A DNA stretch of 64,000 nt from assembly GCA_023920165.1 (NCBI GenBank), contig CP089276.1, positions 4,278,001 through 4,342,000 of the forward strand, given 5' to 3'. Position 1 is the stretch's first letter; every line of letters begins with the position of its first letter. Positions 26,330-36,857 of the stretch are shown in pieces. Position numbers and translations under genes: made by a program. This DNA is from Curvularia clavata. Its lineage: Eukaryota. The notes below the pieces were generated by a model. The model made no database searches. It was not told the origin of the DNA and saw nothing but the letters and a program-made list of their open reading frames with translations.

Positions 26330-28481
26330 CAGTGGGGTGACAAAAAGAAAGAGTACAAGAAAAAATGGCTAATTTCACATAGCTATATCTCAGCTTATAT
26401 AATAACTAATAATAAGAAAATTTAATCTTTATATAGAGATTTAATAGATCTTAAAAGCTAGTATTTAAAATACTGCTTACTAAGCATACAGAGTATACTA
26501 AAGAATACTAAAGTAGAGAGAAAAAAAAACGCCAACTTTAAGCTATTTTTTCGCGCTTGTTTTTTGGATTTTATATATATATCTATATATAAATAGACAC
26601 TACTAGTCTATGTATATAATATATATAGTCTTAAGCTATAGTTACTTATCTAAATTAGAAGATATATATATAACTTATATTTTAGTAAATATATAAGATA
26701 ATAATAGTAAATTACTATCTAACATTTTGTATACCAGCCCTTAGCTTCCACTACTCTATTATAGCGTTTGGGCATAGATAAAATACAGCTATCTATGTCT
26801 TTTTGTGGTATTTTATGCCACTCTTGGTGAATAGCTGTAATAAACGTATTTATACTAGTCTCACTAGCGCCAGTGCCAAGACTAGAGCTTGGCAGCTTAG
26901 TAAGCCGGTTTTTAAGCAAGCTCCATACGTTTTCTATTGGATTTAGATCTGGGCTATACGCTGGATGGTCGAAAAGTGTAATTTTATGGCGCTTAAACCA
27001 GTCTAAAACGTTTCTAGCCTTGTGGATCGTTGCGTTATCCTGTTGGAATTTCCAGCCTAGATAGCTATATATTAGTAAAGTATATTATACTAGTTAGATA
27101 TATATATATATATAAGTATATATATATATATATAAGTATATATATATATATATAAGTATATATATATATATATAACTATATATAAGTAAAAATATATGGT
27201 AAAACTTACCGCGTTTTATATTCGGTTTTACATACGGGATTAGACATTTTCTAATATAGTGGTGATTTCGATGTTTAACTACGCTATTTGGCGTCTTAAT
27301 AACCACTAGATTGGATCTGCCACCTATCCAAATAGCTCCCCAAACTTGGATAGTTATATCATGGGCTAAAAATTGGCTTAGTCAGCTAGATATATAAAAT
27401 ATAATATATATATATAGTTATATATATATATAACTATATTTTGGCTTATTAGAAATATTTTTAAACGTACTTGTATTTTTAGTAGAGTATATTTTTGGAT
27501 TTTAGTGGTATTTTGGCCTATTTCGAGAAAATTCGGCTCGAGATCCATATCCACGCTGGATTCCAGACTCGTCAGAAAATATAACTTTTTTAAAGTTAAT
27601 ATTACTAAGCTTTTTAAGCGTAGTTTTAGCGTATAATAGCCGTTTTTTTAGCTTTTTTAGCGTTTAAAATTGGCTTTTTTTGACTAGTTGTTATAGTCCA
27701 ACCCTCAGCTTTTAAAACTCTTTGAAGAGTTCTATTAGATATTTCTAGATTATTTTCGTTTAATAATCTATTTTTTAGCTTTTTCAGACTTCGCGTTATA
27801 TCTCTATTTAACGCTCTTATAGCTCTAGTAGTTGTCTTTGGTATTCTGCCTAAACTAGCTCTTTTTTGCTGACTAATAGTCTTATATTTTCGTTTTATTC
27901 GAGCTATAGCGTTGTATATAGACCGTGGAGTCTTTTGAAAGTGATTTATTATATTTTTTATAGGTGTATTAGCGTCTAAAAACGCTTTGATTTGGCGTTC
28001 GAAATTCGACAGTTGTGACTCCATCGTGTAGGGAATACAGTTTTAAGTTGCTAGGAATAGAAAGTTATAGTTATATACTAGTTGATTACTAATAGCTGAC
28101 TAAGCTAGTGCTTATGTAAGCTAGTGCTAACATTCGAAATCTTATATAGCTACTTAACTAGATAGACAACCATAGCTTAAAACTATATATATTATATATA
28201 TAGACTAGTAGTGTCTATCTATATATAGATATATATATAAAATCCAAAAAACAAGCGCGAAAAAATAGCTTAAAGTTGGCGTTTTTTTTTCTCTCTACTT
28301 TAGTATTCTTTAGTATACTCTGTATGCTTAGTAAGCAGTATTTCAAATACTAGCTTTTAAGATCTAGTAAATCTCTATATAAAGATTAAATTTTCTTATT
28401 ATTAGTTATTATATAAGCTGAGATATAGCTATGTGAAATTAGCCATTTTTTCTTGTACTCTTTCTTTTTGTCACCCCACTG
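26330..28481 (-). mobile_element. Tc1-family DNA transposon with ~310-bp TIRs (copy T2)
   Basis: TA|CAGTGGGGTGACA...TGTCACCCCACTG|TA. Core near-identical to T1 (ORF-track peptides are the same apart from P3S and the intron microsatellite). Confidence 0.95.
26719..28024 (-). pseudogene. Tc1 DD34E transposase, predicted introns 27366-27470 and 27057-27209, same frameshift and stop as T1
   Basis: Same motifs and splice signals as 4910-6195. Intron 2 is 20 bp longer. Confidence 0.85.
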
Positions 28482-28489
28482 TATATATT

Positions 28490-28972
28490 TGTTACAAGTA
28501 ACAAGGAAGGATCTCTCCTTGACAAGGCCGCATGGTAAGAGACCATCGGGCGACACGTCAGAAGGTCATGATCTCCGCGGGGCGGGATCACGTGACGTGC
28601 CATCTCGCCAAGGATAGCCATCTAAGATGACAGTACATGACCAGATGGCAGTAACATCTCGGCCATCTCGCATAAGCAAGATAGACAAGATGTCAGAACC
28701 AGAAGGCAATAGGTATAAGAATGTGTTAGATTTCATTATTACACTCGTTATAGTCAACTTATCAAGTACTCTCTTATAAGTTGTTTTATACACGGATTAA
28801 TACTTAGTTATTCTATCTTCTAATAGAATTAGTTTTGTCTATCTTTGTTATTCCCTACTACCAAATCGCCAGACAACTACCTTACGGTATACTTCGCAGA
28901 AACTAGTCTCGCCCTAACCCGGAATCTAGGCTAGATAAGTATATTCCCACTAACGTAGGACCCCGTGTAACA
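28490..28972 (+). repeat. Gypsy solo LTR, little RIP, 5-bp TSD ATATT
   Basis: ATATT|TGTTAC...GTAACA|ATATT, 483 bp. Homologous to the LTRs at 7321, 13462 and 25719. Confidence 0.92.
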
Positions 28973-29570
28973 ATATTAAGCTTAGCAAAGATTTTTATCT
29001 TATGATTTTAGGCTAGAAACTTATAAATATATAGTATTAGATATAAGTTTTTTCCAGTAATTATATCAAGTCTATAGCGATTAAAATATAGATATCTCTA
29101 TTTAGTTTCTAAGTATAGAAGACTCGAGAAATGAACAGATAGTTATTTAGATTAATATATTTTTTTCAAGATTTTCTATCAAAAATATTTTAGTAGTTTC
29201 AAATTTATTAGTACTCTACTAATATAAAGAGCTAAATTAATTTGCAAAAGATTTAGTTCATATACTTTTATAGTTATATAAGTAATATTTAGATAGTTGC
29301 TTTACTACTATCTTACTAGAGATATTGTAATATTAATAGAAAGTAGATAGAAATTAGTTTGAAATAAATTTGGTATTATAAGAACTATCTAGCTTTATAT
29401 ATTTTTCTAAAATATAATTAATTTTATAGATTTTTATTATAAAAAAATTATTTTTTTGTGGTTCAATGGATAATAAAAAAAACTTACTAAAATAATAGTA
29501 CTGTAGAGGAAACCTTTTCGTTAGATAGAGTTTAGCATAGACTTAGGAATAGATAGTAGTAGATAAATTA

Positions 29571-31425
29571 ACGTAGTTTATAAGCGAGTCGGTCATACAA
29601 GCGAGTCGGTCACCCTACTAACTTTGCGCACCTTTACAAGCGTGTAGCTCCACTATATATAGATAGTTTTGACAGATATTAAGATAGTAGATTAATTGCT
29701 ATCTAGAGTATCTTTCTTATATGTACGCGAGTTATAGCTAGTCTCTTTATATCTACTATAGCGCGCAAGAGCCTGGCCGCTAATATCTAATCGCTCTCCT
29801 CCCTGACGCTCTTTATAAGCAATCTGCTTATTAGTATTATATTAAACGATAATATTCTCGCCAGCTCCCTTTATAAGTACTCCTTGCTTCTATATTCGCT
29901 TTCTTTTACGCTATCTACGCTTTAATACTAGCTTATTAGCCTTCTAAAGACTAGTAATCTAATTGCGCATTAGCTTAGCTGATAGTATTATTACTTGCGC
30001 GCCTTTCTTAAGCTAATTAATTACTGCGATAATTAAAGCTGGCGAAGAGCTCTTATACTATTAAACGCGATTACTTATTAGCGTTAATTAAGCTTTAAGC
30101 TCGTGTACGTTGCTTGGCGTACAGGGCTGCTAGAGAGCTTCCGCGAGAGCAGCTAGAGGAGTAGACGTACGTAGCTATACGTCAAGCTTTAATAGAACAG
30201 TATCTAGCTAGAGAGGAATAAGGCCTACACCTCAGAAAGCTGAGCAGATATTAGCTAGCGTGAAAGATCGGTCGAACGCTATCTTAAACGCTAGTAGAAA
30301 CTCGAGCTTAGTAATATAGTTGATATGGTTGCGTATTAGACTCTCTACCTCACGGCTATACGCGCGCTTTAATGGGGAGAAGCAGCTAATATTAAGAGGC
30401 TGGAGTAGGTGAGACGAGTGAGGCGGCATATAGAGCGTGTAGATATTGTTCTTCTTATAGAGCTCTTAGAACTTAAGTGACTGGTGGCTCTTATGGCTAT
30501 TAAGGATAAGTAGCTAGCGTGCTCTAACAACCTTGCTATCTATATACTTAATAAAGTGCTTTAGCTACTTAACTCTAAGCTTATTAGTCGTCTAGCTGTT
30601 TTTGCTTACTGCGATCGCCCAGTCGCGTAGGATTTCTGCCTCCTCGTACTAGGCAGATAGGTAATACTTGCTAGTAAAGATCAGAAATAGTGGGATAGAC
30701 CAGCCAGCTACGTTAATTGTAGCGATAAACGTCACCCACTCGCGACCACCTGGCTAGATAGCCTTTGGATGGCCTCTTCTCTCTAACACTATAATAATAA
30801 GCTAAGTAGTAATCTTATCTATTAAAAAGCCAGCTTTGTTAAAGTTGTAGACGTCCTTGTCGCAGATACTGTACTTGGCCTTCGTCTACTCTATAAGCTT
30901 AAACCAGCTCTTAATTAAGACTAGATCTTTATATAGGGCTCTCTGCCTATTATACGCTCGATTGAAACGCGTCGTAAGACTATCTGTACGCTTGACAAAG
31001 TTACGCGGCCAGTAAACGCCAATCTAGCTAGCGTCGCGCGCAGCCAGCAGCTTATTAGCTATATCTCGCATAGTAGTATAGGTAGGCGCAAATCTATATA
31101 GATTGAGATCGATTATATAGCTAGCAATCACTTGCTTTTCTAGCTATAATAGCTTTTTTAAATTAGACTAGCAATCGCGCCGCGCGTGCCTCCTAGCGCG
31201 TCAGTTGATCAGTGTTGATTTTAGAACATTAAAGGCTATAGTAACGCGTTAGATACTCTAGATTTAATTACTATCTAGAGAAGAAAGGGCAAGCTAAATA
31301 TCCCCTTCGTGAGAAGTTAATTTAGAAGCGTAGTGTAGAGATATTACGTATAAAGTTAAGGTGGGTAATTAAAGCTAGAGGGGTGACCAACTTACTTATA
31401 TGACCGACTCGCTTATAAACTACGT
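29571..31425 (-). mobile_element. Fot1/pogo-type DNA transposon (F3), RIP-inactivated
   Basis: TA|ACGTAGTTTATAAGCGAGTCGGTCATACAAGCGAGTCGGTCACCC TIR mirrored at 31381-31425|TA. ORF fragment MPPHSSHLLQPLNISCFSPLK (30232-30429). Coding region close to F1. Confidence 0.93.
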
Positions 31426-32648
31426 TAAAAAAAGTTTAAAGTATTTTTTAATTTTTCGTATAAGGGCTTTATAAGGACTATTTTATTTTTAGAAGTTATT
31501 TTTTTTCTATAGTATATCTTATCTCTATATATTCTATTCTATATTAGTACTTATAGAGAATTATCTTAACTATATAAAAATAGAAGATATAAAATTATAT
31601 ATTAGCGAGTATTTAACTTACTATATAATTTAGTTCTGACTTATATTAAATTTAAACTAAAAGTATTTTTACTATTGAATTCTAATTATATAGTTCTATA
31701 TCTTTAGATCTATAATTACAGAAATATAGTTATATATTCTTATTCTATTAATTTAGATCTATAACTATATAAATCCATTTACACCACTTTACACTTAGTT
31801 CTGAAATCTTTCAACTATAATCTTAAAATAAAGTCTCTAAAAAGAAATTTAAAAAAAGTTAGAAAAAGTATAAACAATAGTAAAATTTAAAAATAAAAAC
31901 TTTTAAATTCTGATATTAACTAAAAAGTATAAACTAATACTAAAACCTTTCAAATAAAAAATAGTAGAGACTAGAAAGTATTTTTTTCTAAATAAGTAGA
32001 ATAAATTAAATTTAGCTAGATTATACTTATTAATATCTAAGATAAAGATATTTCCAAATTTAATAGGTTTCTATCTAATCTTTCTCTAAGAAGTATTTTT
32101 CTACTTCTTTGAATTCTTTTTTCCTACTTTATCTTCTTAAATTTAAAAAATTGAGTATTTATTTATATAATATTTAGATTTTCTATTATTATAGTAGTTA
32201 TTTATAGTTAGTTTACTATCTAGTCTAGAGATTTTTAAAAAGAATTCAAAAGTAATAGACTAAATTCAAAATTAGATTGGAGCTAGTTTAGATTAGATTT
32301 TATAAATATTTATATTATAGTTCTAATACTAACCAATATAGATCTTTATTAGTAGAGTATAAAAATTATTTAAAGTAGATTTCAAACTATATTTAAAAGA
32401 AGTTTTTTTTTACTTAGTATTAAAAATAGTAAAGTATTATATTATCTTAGTAAAAAGGTTATTTTATTAATATCTAAATTTTAAGTTGAAATTATATAAG
32501 ATAGAGGTAATCTTTTCTTATAAGTAAAAAAACTACTTTAACTTTAAGATAGATTTTTTAATAGCAGTACTTATAAATTTTACTTTAAATTTAGTAAAAG
32601 TTTTTTTTTTATTTATAAATAAGTAGTAGAAAATAGTATAACTTTCTA

Positions 32649-33033
32649 GGGTGGTATAGCAACCCACCTGGAAAATTCTTCTTTCATCAATATTTCATCA
32701 ACCACTAGTCTAAATCGGGTAATTCTGACGTCATTCGAAAGCTCTAGTCTAGGGCATACTTTGATGTAATATATTACTAAGCTATGTCTCTAATATTTAG
32801 AAAGTTATTCGGCAACCCATCTTTTAGGTGGGTCGGGGCGGGGCTACTCTAAAAATTACGTTATTTTAAGCTTTTAATAGATAATTAACTAAGAAATCTA
32901 TAAACATAAATTGTGTGATATTAGATCTGAATGGTAGCTTCAAAATGACGCCAAAATTGTCTAATTTAGACTAGTTTTGACTAAATTATTAAGCAACCCA
33001 CCACTAGCCCTTTTTCCGGCCCAAATACCACCC
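32649..33033. mobile_element. MITE-like element or DNA-transposon end
   Basis: GGGTGGTAT...ATACCACCC termini, internal imperfect inverted repeat ~32706-32744 / ~32936-32974, GCAACCCA three times. GC higher than flanks. TSD not clean. Confidence 0.5.
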
Positions 33034-33817
33034 TCCTTCTAAATATACTATATATAAAGCTTCTCTAATATCTACTTATATAAATATATAGTAGTATCTT
33101 AAGCCTTTCTACTCTCTTTTATACGCGTCTCTAATTTTTCTTTTTCTAAAGTAAGATATTTAAATTTGGACTTTATAACCTAGACGTTGTAATACTAGTT
33201 ATAACGAAAATACTTACTATACTATCTTAAATAGATATATATTTTATATACCTGTCTATTTTTTATATACGCTCTATATTTCTAAACTATAATAGTACTA
33301 AAGAAATCTATAAAATTAGTAAGAGCTAAATAATAAGTAGTACTAAATAAAGATTGATATTTAGATATAATAAATAATAGTAGGGTAATAATATCTATAA
33401 TAAGAGACTAAATTAGTTATAGTATACTACTAAAACGCTATCTAATTAGTAATTCTAAATATACTCTTCTAGATAATAACTCTAAGACTTTAGATTTAAA
33501 AATAAACTAATAGAAAGGGAGGATAGTATTACGACTCTAGAAAAGTATAATATATATAAACTAGTAAGTAGTTTAGAGAATTTCTACGTATAGGTAACTA
33601 TACTATAATGCTATAGCTATGCTATATAATAGGTATGTAATATAATCTATAATCTATAAAGCTTAGCGGAATAGAGTAATAGAGCACTCTATATTTAATC
33701 TATTAATTTATAGTACTTAGTAGAATAGAGTAATAAAGTACTCTATATAAGACTTTAGTATATAGAAATAGATATCGAACTCTTATAGCTTAATATATTT
33801 AACTTAAATTATAAGTA
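33034..33817 (+). mobile_element. 3' fragment of a Gypsy element (G4): antisense ORF remnant, PPT, partial LTR from 33527
   Basis: Reverse complement of ~34852-35636. PPT GAAAGGGAGGATAG precedes the LTR. Confidence 0.8.
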
Positions 33818-33819
33818 TA

Positions 33820-34718
33820 AGTATTTATTTCTATTTTTATTTCTTATAACTAGCTCGCCTGTGGCGATTGGCCAATATCAAAAAGTGGTCTTAAAATAAA
33901 AGCAGGCCGCCCCTTAGCCTACTAAAATTTAAAAATTGAAAAAAGGACTATATCTAAGAGGGGATTCGAACGCGATGTCTTAAGCTTCTATATTTTAGAT
34001 TTTAGTACTTTTAGCTTTATATATTAAATTTAAAATATACATAGTATAGATATAAATTAGAATAATAATAATAATTCTAATAGATAGAAGTCTATTAAGT
34101 AGCTAATAATAGGTAGAGAAAACTCTAAAGTTATTAAACTGTAGTTATAATAAGGATATATAGTATTAGAGTAGCGCATACTGTCTACAAATACCTACTC
34201 TTACTTAATCTCCAGCTTGGCAAAATCTATCGATAGTATCGCACACTTAGCTTATCCTATCTCTTTCTTTAGTCTTCTTTAAATTTAGATTAACTATATC
34301 TAATTTTTCTAGATAATAGGTAGTCTCTATTACTCTCTTTTTAGACGTCTAGCCTACTCTCTATAAGCCGCTTTTAAGTAAAGTTGCTATAGAGCTATAG
34401 AAGTGGCTCTTTAAATAGCTTAACTTTCTAAATATAACTATATCAAATAATAATAACTATATTCTATACTATATATACTAGGTAGATATAATATAGCTAT
34501 AGTAGTCGCGAGGCTAGAAGATCGCGCTTATTAATAGGTAAGATATATTAAGAATTTATAACTTTAGCTACTAGTTAATTAAGAAGAATATAGTAAGGCT
34601 ACCTACTCTAGACGTTTAGTTATAGCTGGGATATAATACTTATAAAATTAGAAAGGCTATTATAGATAGATATATAGATATAGAGGTAGCGTTATAGTAT
34701 CTAAAAAGCGTAGCTTAG
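33820..34718 (-). mobile_element. A-tailed retroposon copy (second subfamily), inserted in the G4 LTR and cut by Gypsy G3
   Basis: Reverse complement of ~23905-24809. Least mutated 3' end, with hairpin TCGCCACAGGCGA at 33855-33867. Confidence 0.75.
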
Positions 34719-35142
34719 TGTTAAGAGTATGATCTCGAGTGGAAGTAATATAAGACTTCCGGTGTCAAGACCTTCTTAGATTAGTTTTCGCGGATAAAGT
34801 AATAGTGTGTTATAAATAAAAGTTCTATAGTAACTATTATATTGTAGGTACTATACTCGTAACTTAAGTTAAATATATTAAGCTGTAAGGGCTTAATACC
34901 TATTCCTATATACTAAGGTATTATATAGAGTGCTCTATTACTCTATTATACTAAGCACTATAGATTAATAGATTAAATGCACGTTACTCTATTACTCTAT
35001 TCCGCTAAGCGTTATAGATTATAGAGCATATTACGTGACCTAGTGCGGTATAGCTGTAGAATTGCGGCGCAGTACCTATATGTAGGAATCCTCCAAACTG
35101 CTTACTAGCTTATACGTGTTATAGTTTTCTAGAGTTATAACA
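34719..35142 (-). repeat. 3' LTR of Gypsy G3 (424 bp)
   Basis: TGTTA...TAACA termini, adjacent PPT, partial second copy at 33527-33817. Confidence 0.85.
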
Positions 35143-35300
35143 CTATCCTCCCTCTCTATTAGTTCGTCCTTAAATCTAAAGTCTTAAAGTTATTATCTAG
35201 AAGGACGTATTTAGAGTTACTAGTTAGACAGCGTTTTAGTAGCATGCTATAACTGACTTAGTCTCTTATTATAGGCGTTATCGCCCTACTATCGTTTATT

Positions 35301-35882
35301 ATACTAAAATAACAACCTTTATCTAGTACTGCTCGTCGTTCAGCCCTTGCCAATTTTGTAGATTCCTTCGGTACTATTATAGTTTAAAAATACAAAGCGT
35401 GTGTAAAAAATAGGCGGGTATGTAAAATATACATTCGCTTAGAGAAGTATAGTAAGTATTTTTATTGTAACTAGCGCTGCAATATTCAGATTATAGAGTC
35501 CGAATTCAAACGTCTTATTTTAGAGAAAGAGAAGTTAGAGGCGCGTATAAAGGAGAGTTAGAAAGCTCAGAATACTACTATACGTTTGTATAAGCAGGCT
35601 TTAAAAAAGCTTTGTACGTAATATGCTTAGGAGCAACGTTTACATTTTTAAATAGATTTATTAAAGCGTTGCGCTAAAGAGACGATAGCAGTTAAGAGTA
35701 GGGAGCTAGAAGAGTTAGAGTGGGGTAAGGTTATAGAGTTTTCTAAGTCGGGCTCTTCCCTTACCCTCTCTCCTAGTACCTAGAGTACCTTCGAGGGTTT
35801 GCCTTTAGATTACTAGGAACCTCTTGATATAAGTTTACTTATTGCTAGTAGTACTAGATTAAGCGTAGATGGCAATTTATAA
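35301..35882 (+). pseudogene. Antisense accessory ORF of Gypsy G3: Zn2Cys6-like motif plus coiled coil (RIP-mutated)
   Basis: One frame without indels. Cys or RIP-Tyr codons at 35391, 35400, 35421, 35448, 35457, 35478 (C-x2-C-x6-C-x8-C-x2-C-x6-C), then 'ESEFKRLILEKEKLEARIKES'. Confidence 0.7.
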
Positions 35883-36496
35883 AGTTTATTTTCTATTCTT
35901 ATATATTCTCGCTATTATTATATCCTAACTATTTAACTAGATACTCAGTTCCTTTTCTTATAATGCGGTGCGCTAGGATTTTCTCAACTTCAAACTTGTC
36001 TTCCTCTTCTAGTTCGAAATAAAATATTTTTTATAATAGCGTTTTAGGGTCTATAAATTTTAGTAGCTTAATATAAAATCTTAGATATATCTTTATATCT
36101 AGTAGTAGATTAAGTATATAGATAACTAGTCTACTCTAGACTTTAATTAAAAATAGCCTAATATAGATATTATCTAATCTCTTACTTAGTTGTATTATAT
36201 AAAAGTTCTTCGTAAGTAGATATACTTTATCCCCCTTCTTTAGCTAAAGTGCTATTTTTCTTTTCTAGTTAATATATAAGATACTTTAGTATTAAGTCTT
36301 TTTAAGTAATTTTCGTAGTTCTTTATATATTTTCTTTATTTCTTTAGCTATAGCGATAGCTACTTCTATTTTTAAACTTGGTAACGTTCTAGTAAAGAGA
36401 TTTAGATATCTTCTATAGTTTACGTAAAATAGTATTTATTTTGTTAATTCTAATAATTTATTATTATATGCTAGTTGTGCTATAGGTAGTAGTTAT

Positions 36497-36845
36497 TGTA
36501 AAAGTGTGGGGTAGCTACTTATTCTACTAGTAGTAGACTCAGAGGTAGCTTGATTAAAGACTCAAGTAAGTAGTATATGCTAGGGGAGAGAGTTGATGGA
36601 CACGATTGACTTTGTATAAACTGCTCTGGTTTCTATCTACTAGCTATTCTACTACTATATATATTGGCTGGAGTAGATTCTAGAAGAATCTATCTAGTAG
36701 TAGCTTGCGTAATCTTTGGCGTCATAGACAGATGTCTATAGATCGATTATAGTCTTGACAGATCGACTATAGACTAAGTTGATTCTGGGTATAGGAGTAC
36801 GCACCCAGATACTGTAGATTAGCTGACTAGCTTAGATCTACAACA
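36497..36845 (-). repeat. Copia LTR 1 (terminal 3' LTR of the array)
   Basis: Minus strand TG...TTTTACA. Left end fixed by the junction with Gypsy DNA (GTTAT|TGTA). Right end is 36845 (TGTTG) or 36842 (TGTAG), not resolvable here. Confidence 0.93.
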
Positions 36846-36854
36846 CGCCCCCTT
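36846..36854 (-). promoter_or_regulatory. Polypurine tract (AAGGGGGCG), repeated in every unit
   Basis: Lies between the gag-pol stop codon (36858-36860) and the LTR TG. Confidence 0.85.
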
Positions 36855-36857
36855 AAG

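Larger units (their letters stand above)
34719..36496 (-). mobile_element. 3' part of a RIP-inactivated Gypsy chromovirus (G3): integrase C-terminus, chromodomain, antisense ORF, PPT, 3' LTR; interrupted by the Copia array
   Basis: 35970-36496 is the reverse complement of G1 ~3631-4155, and reads 'EEEDKFEVEKILAHR'. PPT GAGAGGGAGGATAG adjoins the LTR at 35142. Confidence 0.9.

Noticed and set aside
28439..28793. Two short minus-strand ORFs (60 and 75 aa)
   Set aside because: They lie in the solo LTR and Tc1 TIR, and are chance ORFs in GC-richer non-coding DNA.
28978..32640. Extremely AT-rich stretches around F3 (also 14110-15020 and 17106-17530)
   Set aside because: Probably very old RIPed TE sequence, but I could not recover any diagnostic motif or terminus, so left unannotated.
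33845..33870. Hairpin followed by CTAG as a Helitron 3' end
   Set aside because: Homology continues past CTAG into a shared A-rich tail, and two copies have 14-bp TSDs, which Helitrons do not make.
33940..34030. Functional tRNA gene at the GTTCGAATCCC motif
   Set aside because: No cloverleaf or clear A box is recoverable. Kept only as a motif within the retroposon.
36670..36810. Small palindromes in the Copia LTR (e.g. TCTGGGT...ACCCAGA, ATAGACA..TGTCTAT)
   Set aside because: Short hairpins are common in LTRs and nothing here supports a specific function.
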